DNA of 64,000 nucleotides from the human T2T-CHM13v2.0 reference genome, Homo sapiens: the NCBI RefSeq assembly GCF_009914755.1, contig NC_060932.1, one strand, 5' to 3'. The notes beneath the pieces were generated by a model, which did no database searches, had not been told where the DNA came from, and was given only the letters and a program-made list of their open reading frames with translations. Of this stretch, positions 15,094 to 29,509 are shown piece after piece (position 1 is the stretch's first letter; every line of letters starts with the position of its first letter). A program made the position numbers and the translations under genes.

Positions 15094-18000
15094 TTGGTTC
15101 TTGTCATGGTGCTTTTCTCTTTGCAGATAGTTGTTAAAATTTGATATTCCTTCAGGGTGGAGAACGAATGATGTGGGCCCGTATTCCACCACATTGCTCC
15201 ACTCTTCAGCAGGGTCCTTCTTGTCATGTGAATAGAAGTGATGACTTCCAAGCTTGAAACATCAGCAATAATCATGACACACCATATCAGGAATGCTTCT
15301 GAAGGAACCCTAGACAGAATTCAGCTTTGAGACAGGTCAAATTCTTCTAAATGCATTTGTTTCTTTTCTATATACACATATTCACAATTCCTGTCTGTAT
15401 CATATTTTGTCCGACCAGTGGATTTTTTGGATAAATATGTCAATTTTCAGCCACCAGCAAGAAAGTATTCCCCTTTTTAATTTATGCATTGCTTTATAAA
15501 TCTCACTTTGGGCTTGTAAAGTTCAGTACCTGGAACTTCGTTACTGAATTTGGGTTTTTAATTCCAGCAGCTGTGTGAGAGGCTGCTGAGTTATGGTTGG
15601 CTGAATTTGCCCACATTGTGATTTTTATATCTTCTCAGTGATGTAGAAGACTTTGATTGCCATAAATGCTTTGGAAGGAAGGAATGTTTTGTAAGTTCTG
15701 TGTTCTGTGTAGTACATCATACATCCAGTTCAACATATTCGGAAGAATAAATGCCTTAAAGTTCACTGGCTCTATAAAAATTGATATGCATCAGACTGAA
15801 ATACACACAACCTAACTTGGATGAAACATATGACAAGCAATGGTGATCACGTGTTTTGTCAGTTGAGCATGAAGAGTATTTAATGGGGTAATGTTCTGGG
15901 CTCTTCAAGCTATTAGTACCCAAATACTAACAGGAAGTGAACTACAAGTGACCACTGAGTCACCTGCAATTATGTGTAACAGAATCATTTGCCGCTAAAC
16001 AATGGAGTTTAGATTAGTCAAATGGTCTATGCATACCCGGGAGGTACCTCTTGGTATGATCTTCTGATATTTTCTGTGAACATGGCTCCAGTCGTTTGAT
16101 TTACTGACTGTGGTGTCAGTTACTGTATTAAGCTCATTTGATTGAATGTAAGCAACCTAGTTGTCGAGTGAGAGGAAGCCTGATTTGTTGGGTCAGGCAA
16201 CTGCAGACGTCTTCTAACCATGTACAAATCCTCCAGCTCTCATTCCTCATTCAATTTCTTCATCTGGATAACTTTGAACTCTCTCCCTCCTTGCATAGTA
16301 CATCCTCCCTCTGCTCAGCAATTCCTTTTACTTTGTATTTGTCACCTCCGTTTTTCTGTCTCCTGTCCTTTCATCAATGCACTTTCATTTTCAAAGGAGA
16401 CATTGACAGTAAAATCAGTTTCAGGGAGTGTATTTATTTACTTGTTTTGGCTGTTTTGTATTGACATTAATATTGTCATAAATTCACATTAATTGACCTC
16501 CAAATATGACTTAAGGATCCCTTTGAAAAAATGCCCTCACATTATCATCGTAACTAAGGTTAGGCATATCTGTTTAAAAACAGTTTATTTAATGATTTAC
16601 AAAAGATATAACAGAGGCGCATGTAGCCTATACAGTAAGTTCTAATAAAATTTCATATTGGTTTAAAAGGATAACAAAGAGAAAGTAGAAAATCTCAACA
16701 GGAATGTGTTTTACTTTAAAATATATATATATATAAGGCAGTGTATGATGCTTTATAGAGCAAACGAAATGATCACCAGTCTTCTGAAGATATTTACCTT
16801 GGCGAACTGGTATTTCACTCCACTTAGATTATGACGTGTGTTTTAACACATCATTTTACAAATAAAAGCATTAGTTACATCATCTAAACCTTAAAAATCT
16901 AACAAAATATAAGATGCAAGATGACTTAACCTAATCAACAAAATTTGGGGTTTGGGAGAATATCTACATGCATAAAATTAGGTGTGATAATGGGTAATAA
17001 TCACAAGTATAGAAAAAGAAAGGCTTATGACTTACATTGTCAATTTTATCCTTATAAATTTGATAACCTGGAGGAAATGGATGATTTTTCAAGACATATC
17101 AATTAATATATTATGTTCCTGAGAAATTATTAAAATTGTAATGAAATATTATGCTAGAATAAATTGGAATTGCTTACAAACATCAATCCTCCCCCCGCAA
17201 ATTGCCAACAACCACCTTATTCTTCTTGCAGTTAAGCTGAGCACCATGACCCTAACAACGAGCAGGCTGACAGAAGAGCATATCTAGAGAAGCATCATAT
17301 CACAGAGCCTGTAGGCTGAGGAGAGAATGACCCTGTTCCTTATTCATCCAGTGGCATTACAAAACTAGTCGGAAACCCCAGACTCCTCCTTCACCTTTCC
17401 CAGCATCCCAGGAGCTGCTTGCTCTGGAAGATGTTTCCATCAGCCTGATTCCAGAGCACAGCTGTCCCTACACCATGCATTAGACATGACGACTGAGGAA
17501 TGAATGGACTTCTCTCCCTCAAAGCTCCGCAATCTTAGGGTCATCATCCCCTGGTCCACTGTGACCTATGTGTGTGTTTGTCACATGTTTGCTTCATGCC
17601 CAGACAAGAAATGCCTCCATAGAGTCCTTTCACATGTCAGGTTCAGTAATGACACGTTAAATCCTGACTCCTTAACAGAAGCAGGTACACTTTACAGATC
17701 ACATCGTGAAATGGAATTTGTAGTTGCTCCTGGGGTGTGTGTGGTCAGCTCCCTCTAGAACACTCCCACCCTTACCCAGTTCAACAGATCTTGCTGCATC
17801 AGTACTTTCTCCTGTGTGCTCCTTAATGTCTTATTTAAGAGGATTGCTATAATATCTAATCAACTGGCTGCAGCTTCGGGGCTGACTTCTTGCTAACATC
17901 ATTCTCTTTCCTGCCTGTCATAACTTCACTTCTACTGTGTCCTCTTAAAGCCTTGTGACTAGACAGATACATCAAGCCCATTTGCCCTGAGGGTTCATAC

Positions 18001-18565
18001 TGGGGAAAAACACTCCCAAATTCAGAAATAGTCTGTCTTAAAATAAGATATTTATTGCATAAATAAATACAAAAGTCTTCAACAGAGATAACTTATTAGA
18101 TAAAATGGAGCACAGTGCTCTGGAGATAAACAATGGAATGACGAGTAATAGGTTATCATGGCCCCTTGTAGACACTTCTTTCAAGAGTAACACCCTCTTT
18201 CAGGGAAATGATTCTTTAACTGATTCTACTGATTTCTGTCATTCGGAACATTTTGCTTCTCTGGCTACAATGATTTGTTCAAGAATGGGCATGCTATGCA
18301 ACTCTGCTCCATCTGATTCCATCCCTGGAACCGGAAACCTCAGTTGGATTTGAAGCTTATACACCTGGACCATCCTGACAGCAAGTTACCTGATAAATTG
18401 TCTGCAATTGGAAGAATGGAGCAGACAAGCATGGAGAGAAGGGACGTGTGCCCTGATTGTTTGAGGGTTTCCAGGCTCATTTTCTGCAGACCTGAAGCTC
18501 CTCTGCTCACTGTTTCACTAAAAGTGGTCTTTGTAGATCTTCATTTCTGCATCCTTTCTTATATT

Positions 18566-18653
18566 ATTATTTTTTAGATGGGGTCTTGCTATGTTGCCAA
18601 GATGGTCTCAAACTACTGGCCTCAGGCCATCTTCCCACCTCAACCTCCCAAAT
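18566..18653 (-). mobile_element. Alu left-arm/FLAM fragment
   Basis: 'agatggggtcttgctatgttgcc...ctcaacctcccaaa'. Confidence 0.75.
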
Positions 18654-18769
18654 CACTGTCTTATTTATTTTTGATAACTTTTGCTCCCTTAGCTTTTTTT
18701 GTATTATTATTTTTTATTTCAAATTGGTTCTTGCTTTTTAAAATCAGGGTTTTATTATTTCAATTTTTT

Positions 18770-18987
<218 letters not shown>

Positions 18988-19871
18988 TAATTTTTAATTT
19001 TCAATTTGTGTGGCCACATATTAATAGTAGATATATATATTTATGGGGTATATGGATAAGGTAGGCCATATGCAACTACATTTGAAAATGGAAGAAGAAA
19101 ACCCTAAAATAAGGTTCCTGGTGATGGGTTATAGCTCTGAACTTGCCATTGTCAAGCAAAGCACATTTTAAAGTAATTATTTGAACAAAAGTTTCATATG
19201 GCTTAACACTGGGAGAGCCACCTAAACTGGGCGTCATGTTTCTCAGGGCAGAACCACTAAGGAAAGAGGCCTGGTGTCTGCGGTACCAAATATCTCCAGG
19301 TTTCTACATTTCTCTCACCTTCCTTCTGGAAATACACTTCAGATAAGGCTTCCACTGCCCGGTGAATACTTGGCCTCAGAATTGACTCTGTCCCCGTCGC
19401 ATGCAAGAGGGTCGCAGAGTCCAGACTCAGTATCTTGAATTCTCCATTCACAATGATTTCTCTAGTTTGAAACCCACTGTCACCCCTAGATATTTGTTTT
19501 CATTGGTGCCCAAATAAAAAAGGCAGGCTGCCCTGCTCCACTCCAGCTTCCAGCTGCATCAGAGTTCTGAGACTCTTCTTTGTCTTGGAAGGGGTTTGAA
19601 CAGCAAAAACTAGGAATTAAGACACCAGGAGTTCATACCAGCCTGCAGCAGTAGCTGTGACCCATGTAAGATGTTGTAATTGGTGATAAATAAGCAGGTA
19701 ATAGTCAGGATTGGGAAAGGGGGTAGAAGAAAAGAGGTACTGTAAGTTCTGCCCCTGATAAGAAATGTTTCTGGGTCATAACTGAGAGAACATCGGAGAT
19801 AACATGATAATCCATCTGAAGCCAAAACATCAAATTCATAAATCCGCATGATGTCTGACATACATTCATTA

Positions 19872-19930
19872 CTCTTATCTATAAATAAATTCATGTGTGT
19901 CTTATCTGTAAATAAATTCATGTATGTCTT
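19872..19930. repeat. 27-bp tandem duplication (about 2.2 copies)
   Basis: tcttatct(a/g)taaataaattcatgt(g/a)tg repeated. Confidence 0.8.
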
Positions 19931-21885
19931 AACTTAAACATATTCATGTGTGTGTCGAGAGAGAGAAATAGATGGAAAAATGAAAGCTACAGATATATGT
20001 CCAAGTTGGACTCTGCCTATTTTTCCACCTGACATTTTACTATTAATAACATATTCACAATCTCATTTTCACATGATATATTCCTTGCTTTTTACACATA
20101 ATTCACATGTTTGATATATTGTACAGTAAGACTATATTTTTCAATGCAAATCCGAAATTAAACCCATGCAGCAATTCTAAAATAATAACTATAAGGAGAA
20201 ATATAGCATCCGCAATGGTAAATGTGGTAGTTATACCCTACTCTTTGTTGGTGAGATGATTACCAAATGAAACATTGTGTTACATTCTAAGAACCTCTTG
20301 GCAAGAAAGATATGAACAAACACGATAAATGACTAAATGGGGACCATCGTCTAGCGGTGACCAAGGTCACAGAAAGCATCTCTTAATCTCCTAGTTGAAT
20401 GAAAGTAGAATAGCACAGGGTGCAGAGAAATCGAGTCTCCTATTTCTCTAGACTCATTTCAGCCTCTCTGGTTTACTCTCTCAGAGCTCTCTGGCTTTTT
20501 GTTCTTACACAACACCCTAATTTTTGTGTAGTTATCTGTTTAATATTTACCCCATTCCTAGATTAAAGGACTAATAAAAGAATATATTCCATGTTTTTCC
20601 ACCTTCTGTTTAGTTACCTGCACTGTGTGGGATGCAGAGAAGTTGCTCAGTACATATTTATCTTAGTAATTAATCAAGAATATGGGTAGACGCTGGAGGC
20701 ATGATGGGCAAACTCAAAGGGAATTGAGCCCTGACAGCAAATAGGTGAAAGAGCCTCACATGTAGGAGTCCCCACTCCAGCTTTTTAAAAGTCTAGAAAG
20801 GCACAGAACTAGAATCGATAAGCCAGCAGCCTAGGGAACTATTTAAATTGATTGTGAAGGAGAACTTTCCAACTCTCTGAGTTTATCTCCAGATGAAATA
20901 AAACATCTTGGACCTCATCACAGAATATGATCAAGAAGAGGCTGGCTCATGGAAAACTGGAGATGCCTGGGCTAAATCAAGGGAGGTCACCCTAAATAGG
21001 TTAGTATCACTTAATTATAGTTTATAAAATAACTACAGATGTTGAAGGCTCAGAAAAATTAGTCAATGGAAAGAGAAAGAAAGACGATTGGATAATTGAA
21101 AACAATGACTTTGGAGGTTCATATAGCTGTCCAAGGGAGTCAAATTCTCTTTTATTACCAGTGAATAGTGTAAGGGAGGGACCACCTGATTTTGGTGACA
21201 TTTGAGCACTCATCTAAAAGTGAGCATCCTGGGCTCTATTCCTTACCCCATCCTCTGTTACTTATATGCCTTTAGGTAAGTGATTTTTCCTGGCTGGGTT
21301 CATATTTCCTTACCTGTAATATTAAAGAATAAATCTAGATGATCTGTCTTTTTGAGATTTAACATCCTATGATGAATAGTGGACTCAACACCACAGATAT
21401 TACTTTTCCCTCTACAACCCAGAGCTATAGGAGTTACAGGAGCAATTACAGAAAAAAGAGTTCGTAGAGAAGAGGCTAGTGAATAAGGAAAAATGCTTGC
21501 TGTATTTCCACACATTATAGCAATCACAGAAAAAAAAAGGTTAACTTTTTTCACTGCTTTAATGTAGGAGATGAGGACTCTGAAACCACTTCCCCAAAGT
21601 TTATTGAGATTTTCTATTTCATTTAAATTATTTAGGTTAAACTAACAAACCAAAGTAAGACTTATCTGACTAGGTGCTTCCCCAGGTTGGAATCAATAGC
21701 TTAGATTAGTGAATGTAAAGAAATAGAAAGTACTCAAGAACCCAGGGGAAAACATACCACATTGGTTCTCAGAGTTCTTCTGAAATTCTTCTATTACTAA
21801 ATAATAGATCGCCTCCAATTTTCAATACATTTAGACCCACAGAGAAAGATTGGTTTTCCTTCACCTATATTAGGTTCATTCAGCA

Positions 21886-22001
21886 GTGTTGTGTGTGTGT
21901 GTGTGTTGTGTGTGTGTTTCCTGTGTGTGTTGTGTGTGTGTCTGTGTGTTGTGTGTGTTGTGTATGTGTGCTGTGTGTGTGTATGTGTGTGTGTGTGTGT
22001 G
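21886..22001. repeat. Interrupted (TG)n microsatellite
   Basis: Read directly from the sequence. Confidence 0.95.
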
Positions 22002-25000
22002 AGGGGCGGGATGGAAGAGAAAGATTTTTCTTTACCAGTTCACAATGTATCACTGACACGTAAACATCATGGGGAGATTAATTTGTCTCTGTCTCTCTAT
22101 GTCTCTCATACATATACACATATGCCAATGGCTTCCTTTCATACAAGATGTAGGGAGAAAAAAGAGCACTAAACTAAGAATTAGGTGACCTGGTTTCTTA
22201 TACCATCATTATTAGCTAGATGAAGTCTCTATGTCTTGAGCACCCACACTGATCTCCCTTTACTATCTTTCTCTTTGGTATTATGAGATTGGTTCCTATT
22301 AAGAAATTGAATAAATATAATCCTTTGAAATTCACTGTCATGTTTCTTGTAAGAATGTTCTTGAAGATAACGTTCTCTGTAGTACACAAACCTTATTCTA
22401 TGAAGACCCAGGGGATACACTTCTCTCTTACAAATATTAGATAATAGTTGCGTTTATTTTCCATTTTTTAAAATATGGACAATGCAATTTATTCACTTTG
22501 CTTTCTTTCTGTGGCTCCACAAGGTTTCTTTGTACCCAGCAGCTAGTAAATACATAGGCCTTGCAACATAAAAATTGTGGAGAGCTTTAGTTTGTAATGG
22601 CTGCAAGAAACAACCAATTAGATTCTTCAATTCAGTTTAAGTCAAGAAGAATTTATTACAGGGAAAGAACTTAGGATACGGTAGCTAAGGGCAGAAATAT
22701 CTGGTTAAAGTTTCATTAGGAGCCATCAGGGACCAATGAATCCAATCTTGCCCTTTGTCTCTGGGACCCGAGTTCTTTCTGGTGTTCTTCATGCATATAT
22801 TTAATTATACTCTCTATCTTTACTGGCTTATTTCAACATTTTAAGCAAGGTGGGACTTAATAAACCAAGAACATAGGTTAGGACATCTGTTTAACCTCAT
22901 TGTCATAATGCGCTATACAATAGTGTTTTGATAGGTAATTTTCAAAAGAAAAAACAAAACTATCTAGACATTTTTATAAAGTACTCTTACTTAAAGTCCA
23001 AATTTATAAAAGAAATAGATAACCCAGAGGACTCCCTTCAAATGACATCCATACATAACCTTATAGTTCTATTCCTGAAACTAAGTAAGTGGAATATGAG
23101 CCTCATTTCTCAGCAGGAACAGTTGGGACCACCTCAGTTCAGTTCCCCGTGGCCCCACAGCACCACACACCTGATGGGAGCTGCAGGTCACACTATGCAG
23201 AGGAAGCATAGCAAAGCAGGCAGGGGACACTTAGCCTCTAAAATATCTGTCAGGTATGCCTTTGGCTTTTCCTAGTTCTTGTTTTGGTTTTCCTGAGTCA
23301 CCTTATGTATTTTACATGTCAATGTATCCCACAGGCATTTCTGTGATCAGCCATCACCCCTCCTTTGTGAACCAATAGAGACATCATCAAGAAAAGGCAT
23401 AGCGTGGGCTTCACTGACTCTTTACAAATCACTTCCACAACACCCAGAATGACCGTTTAGATAAAGCACCTGAACAATAGTCATATAGCCCAAGTATAGA
23501 AATCCAACATATAGAGGAAATGAAACTTTCTATAAAGCCTATGTATGAAAGTCTGGAACCCCAGTCGAACCTTCCATATATCCCTTGACAGCCCAGGAAG
23601 CACCACTTGGCTAGATAATTAATGTTAACTGCAGACATCAATCTCTAGTTTCCAGGTTTGAGAGAGAGAATGATAAGGAATAAAAAGAAGAGAAAAGAAG
23701 AACGTTTCTGGTAGTATGACTATACTTTGTAGGCATGGATTTCACATTGCCATTTGCTTATTCAAAGGTAAGTATGACTTCATGCTTATTTCAAGAAGCT
23801 CACTGATATTATCCATGTGGCATGCCTTCAATGAAACTAGGTTCCTTCACCTTATGTTACTAACTAACCCAAGATCTTAAAATCAACTTCTGCCAAGCCT
23901 AAAATTCCTCCCCTGAGGGATGATTATTTTTTCTATGCAGAGACATTGCAGTCTTGTGAAGCTACATGATCTAAAGAGAATGTCCATAATGGAAGTCAGC
24001 CACCCCAGTCCTTGTTCCACTTCGAATTCCTCCAGGTATTGGAGACATCATTGGACCTCCTTGAAGGTGTAGCTGTATGTCTCAGTGATGTGTCATGCCC
24101 TGGATTCTGCTTCAAAACTCTTGATTAATCAGCGCACACGACTTTTCCATGAATAATTTATCCCAGAATTAATGTTTTATGCTCTGAACTGGGCCCTGCT
24201 TTCAAAACACAGGAAGTGAAATTCTCAGAACGGATAAAGGAAAGTAAATACAGAATCCAGAACATTTTAGGCTTGACAGGAAGTTGAAAGAGTTTTAAAA
24301 AGTGTTAATTTGTATTTTTTTTTCTATGAGTTACAACTTCTCTTGTGGTTAATGACAAGGTAGGGGAAAGAAGAATATTCGTATTTGCCACTATGGAGAA
24401 TAAAACGGGTTGATGACTGCAGTATAGCAGGATTACCTGGTAACTTTTCAGTGCTCTATGGAGATTGAAGGCTTTAAGGTTTGGGAGGTACGGCATGCAA
24501 GAAAGGTTATCCCTTGAAAAATCGCTAATATGAAAGGGGAGAAGGTGGGCAGTTATATTCAACTGAGACTGGAATCTCTCTGCTAATATCCCTGATAAGA
24601 GGACAATGAGTAAGAAAGTTGGAAATACCGTCCGGAGACTGTGTCGGGAAGAGGATCACAGAGTCTGCAGCCACAGTGGAGGAAAGCAAAGACTGGAAGC
24701 TGCTGATAAATATGAATAAAGGATGGCATCTATGGGCTTATGGTACAAAGAAAATATTTTTTTAAAAGGATTGGTATAGATGTTGGGTCACAAAAAGAGG
24801 AGGAATAAATGGCTGTGACCACAAAGGCAGTTCTAAATATATTATTTCACAAAAGAAATCAGTCTAGATGATTACAGAGAGAGAGGCTAAAAATTGGGGT
24901 CATGAAGGTAGATAGATGAAACCATTGGTTTAGCTTTAAGCAAGTTGAGAAAAAAATAGAATCTAAAGGAGGGCCTGAAAGCTAGGATGGATCACAGCTG

Positions 25001-25936
25001 AGATCCTAGCCCATAAATACCTTCTCAAACTTGAACTCTTTTTCCTATCACACGCTACTTATTTCAACTCCATATAAGCTGTTTAAAAGCCTCAACATAG
25101 CTCTAACACACAATGAGGGAACTTATACTCTTTTTAAAAGTGTATTCTTGGTAAAATTCATAAAAAGTATATTTTTGTAACAAAATGAAGCTATTTCGGT
25201 TTTGAAATGTTATCCATTTTGGTGCTGATATGGTATCATCTTTCTCCACAGCCTCAGTTGCTGAAGTTAAATTTTCTTGTCACCAAAAATGACTGGGTGA
25301 GAGACCCCATATTGTGAAGGATTCTACTAACAAGCTGAATTTTTACATCATCATTTGGTTTTACATTTCAATCAAATGAATCAACTTGCCAGTTTGAATG
25401 TCTTATTAAAATAGTATCACCCTATTTAATTATCTAGTTTAGACAAATTAAGGAAATACCACTTTATAACTTAGGAAGCCTTATCAAGGACACAATAATT
25501 TCTGTATGCGTATAATCAAAAGACTTTCATCCTTACTTAAATTGATTCCTCAGTATTAAAGACATATGTTTGAGAATTGTGACCATACCCTAATATAAAT
25601 ATAAAATAAGTAGCAGGAAGGAGTGCAATGGTGGAAAGAAACCACAAACCATCTGCTGTCTTCAGTAGTGTACTTGAATCAAGTTTTGCCAATCCCGACC
25701 CACCTACCTATCAATGTATGACCCTAAAATGGTAGATTTATAGTCGTAAGAGGCTTTTTTTTAAAAAAAAAAAATCTTTCGTTTCTTTATATCTTCTTAA
25801 ACCGTGTTCCGAATGCCAGCGCTGGTTTTAGTTCAGCTGAAGCTGCCTTGAAGATAAGAGAAGAAGCCAGTTCCCTGAGCCTGTAAAAGCTGTCCCGAAA
25901 TTTATTTCCAGTTCTGAGTGACTCAGCACCATATCT

Positions 25937-25973
25937 CTTTTTTTTATTTTTTATTTTTTATTTTTTATTTTTT
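25937..25973. repeat. (TTTTTTA)n simple repeat
   Basis: Read directly from the sequence. Confidence 0.85.
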
Positions 25974-26958
25974 GTCTGATTACTTGAATGGCAATTTTAA
26001 AGGCATGATTCACTTTGTGTCACTAATTTTTATTCTCTAGGAACGTCTGATGACTGGTGACTATTCCAACAAGTGGGAGTTTGTGTTCTGTGCCACATGT
26101 TTCTGAAGTCCAAGCATATTTCTTTAAAAAGAGAGTGTGTATGCCCATGTTGTTACAATTAGCAAGAAGGACCAAGTCAAGCCACAATTATACAGTCTGT
26201 TTCTAGCTTTTTAAAGCAATAGGAAGTGTTTTCACTGGTGTTTTATAATTTGTTTTTTTTTTGTTTTTTTTTTTTTTTTGGTGGCTGGGGGTGAGTTTTG
26301 GGAAAATAATATATTGAGAAGAACTTATCCTTGGTTTTTCCAAAGGGGAAGTGTGGATATATACTTAAACCTACACAACTCTTGGATACTTTCTCATGGT
26401 TTTCATCTTGGTAGGTTCCAGGTCACCAGATGCTTTCTAAGCTCTTCTCTTTTATAATGAGGTTATGGAAATCTAGGCAGAAAGGGCCAGTTAATTAATT
26501 GATGGATCCCAGATAAGAAAAAATGGGGAGATCACTCTATCATGTAGTGCCTTGCAGGACAGACAGGCTCCAGGTGCACACGCTGCGGGAGAGCCCAGCA
26601 CATGAGACTCAGCTCTTTCCACGTGTGAGTTGTATCAATGGACCTCAGTTTTGCTCTTTGGACATATTCCACATTTTAACATGCATGATTTAAAGGCAGT
26701 TGTAAGGCCCCTTGTAAGACGTTATTTACCCAACCAAAGATTTATGGTCCAATTTACCATCTGGGTGATCCATCACCATCTTAGTGTGGCCAGCCCTCCC
26801 TCCATTCCGTTATAGTCCCTGGCTCATTGATTTTTATGTTACTTTAGGCCCCATAACAATTAATACCACCTAAGTTTTGGTGGCATTTAATACAAGAGGT
26901 TGACTCAGAATTGCACTTACATGGAGGTGTTGTGTTGTTGTTGTTGTTGCATGGCCTT

Positions 26959-27068
26959 TCATTATTCCTGATTTATCCTCTTGCTGTATGCATCTACTCA
27001 TGCCCTGTGAGAGTCATTACTCCCGATTTATCCTCTTGCTGTATGCATCCACTCATGCCCAGCGAGAG
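26959..27068. repeat. 55-bp tandem duplication, 2 copies
   Basis: 26959-27013 vs 27014-27068 differ at 5 positions. Confidence 0.9.
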
Positions 27069-28169
27069 GAGCTGGTGTGGGAAAATCAACACCTAGTATT
27101 CAATGTGTCCCCTAACAAAAGTTACTTGAAGAAAAGGAGGATTTAAGAAATCACATTTTAATGGATTTATAGTTAAATGTAACCATTAATCCATACACTA
27201 TGGTGAGCAGAAACGCCTCAATAAATAGGTTCTGTTCATTTTTCACATTCAAGAAACCACTGTTATCTCTTACTTGTTCCTACCAAAAATCAATCTCCTT
27301 AGATGTAATTCTAATAATGAAAAATATTAGAATTTGTATGGAATAGGACAGATGTAAAATAAATCCTATGTTTTAGAATTAATTTTTTCAATAAATTTCG
27401 GAAATCCAAGCAAATCCTTAGGAACCCAGGAAAGGAAACAATCATTGTAAAAGTTGATATTGCCATATTTAGAATTAATTGCAAAAATTTTGCTGATTCA
27501 ACTTATGTAAATCAGTGTTTTTTAAATCAGAGAGCATTACTGAAAATGAAATCAAATTGAATTTAATACATAAAGTTTCTGCTTTATTTCAGTTTAAAAT
27601 TTCTTTCAAAAAGAAATGTTCAGTCAGAAACTTTGTATGAAAACATCATGCACTATAATTTACTTATTGTTTGGAAAACCTTCAGCATAAATAATTTCAG
27701 TTTCAGCAGATGAGATTATGATAACTTGAAAGATAGTACTAACTGACTAATAAAAGAGATGAAATCCTTTCCATCACCATAGCTGAAAAGAAGTTTCTTC
27801 TTTTCAGAAGTACAATTCAAAGAGGAGTCCCTACAGCCCTGCATTTCTTGGGTTTATAAAATAATTATAAGATGTTTGAAAACCAATGACTATAAACTTT
27901 CTTATACCTTTCTACCTACAAAAAAAAGTTTCTGATTTTATGGCTGAAAAGTAATGTCTTAATACAGAAAATGTGAAGAACACAGAAATTACACAAACAC
28001 ACACACACGCACGTGCGTGTACACAGGAAGCAAGTCTTCCATAATCCCTACCCAGAAGTTATTTTGGCACTATTACTAAAATCCAGTTGTCCAATTTTGT
28101 GAATCTGTTTCTTCAACTAGACACTTGGTTTTTGATAAGAGTGCCAAGGGAAGTCACTAGGGCTAATGA

Positions 28170-29035
28170 GCACATCAAACATGCTTACTACGTCATCTGG
28201 TAAATGGCAATTATGAACACAAAAAGATAACACTATGCATTCGGTAGAATAGCAATAATTAAAAACACCAACAATACCTACTATTAACAATCATGTGGAA
28301 CGATTGGAACTCTCATACACTACTGAAGAGAATTTAAAATACTACCACAACTTTGGAAAACAGTTGTCTTAAAAAGTTAAACATGCACTTACCATTTGTC
28401 CTAGCAACTTACTTGTATGTATTTACCCAAGAGAAATAAAAACTTACGCGTACAAAATATTGAGTACAAATATCTATGTTCATGATAATCCAGAATTGGA
28501 AACTAGAATTGGTATCAACCAGTGAAGGGATACAAAAATTTATTATATCCAGACAATTGAATACTATGTAGCACGGCCATACCACCCTGAACATGCCCGA
28601 TCTCATCTGAATACCATGTAACAATATAAAGAATGAACTGTTGATACATGTAACAACAGAACTCGATCTCAAAATCAGTGTGCTTAGTGAAAGAAGCCGG
28701 TGAAAGAGTGTACAATGTATGATTCAATTTATAGACAATGTTAGAAAATGTAAAGTAATCGATAGCAACACAATCCATACCTTTGGTTGCCTGGGGCTAG
28801 GTGGAGATAGGTCTCGACAACAAAAGAACCCAAAGAATTTTTTTTTTTTTTTTTTAATGGGTGACGTGGCGTGAAGGGAGGAAACAAAAGTATCTTGGAT
28901 CTTGTCCAAGGTGATGGGTTTGTGTGTGTACATGACTCTTGAACTCATCTAACTGTACACTTTTACTTGAGGCACATTACTATACATAAATTATATTTCA
29001 AACAAATTAAATTTTTAAAATTTTTAAAGCAATAT
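28170..29035 (+). mobile_element. Old L1M (L1MC/ME-like) 3' end
   Basis: 'gtggaacgattggaactctcatacac...tatttacccaagagaaataaaaac...gaactcatctaactgtacactt'. Confidence 0.75.
28573..28610 (+). pseudogene. 5S rRNA 5' fragment, tailless retropseudogene
   Basis: ACGGCCATACCACCCTGAACATGCCCGATCTCATCTGA matches 5S nt ~5-42 with CpG-decay changes only; flanked by the 16-bp imperfect repeat TGAATAC(T/C)ATGTA(G/A)CA. Confidence 0.88.
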
Positions 29036-29509
29036 TAAAAGAAAAAATCAAGATAGAAATTGAATACAACCTGAAGTAACAACAATGCAAAAGTCCCTGG
29101 TCACTGAGTGGGTAGCTGAGAGATTAATAAAATGAAGACGGTCATTTTGTAACATTAAGGACGATGCTTTTTCTCAGTGTTCCAACATTTTAAAATATTT
29201 TATAATTTTTAATTTCTATTAATAGTAATAAAATTGAGAACACCATGGCAGAACACTTCATCCTCTGCACTCTGATGAAAATAGTGTTTGTTCCTGCATT
29301 GTTCCCGGTGAGACAATTTGGCTGAATGAAACACTTGGATTGCTTTTAATACTGGTACTGGAGGACTCTGTCACAATTTGTCTCATGGATTGTAGAGCGG
29401 ATAGGACTTCTGTCTCACATTAATACATCCTTAAACTAAAGATTTTTCTCTGCTAGTTTTTTTTTTTTTTTTTTTTTCCTGGATTTCTAAGAGCCATAGA
29501 TGCTTCCCT

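Noticed and set aside
26020-26296. Plus-strand acceptor (cactaat...ttctctAG at 26040) and donor (GG|GTGAGT near 26290)
   Set aside because: The interval contains long T-runs and has no partner exons; such signals are common by chance
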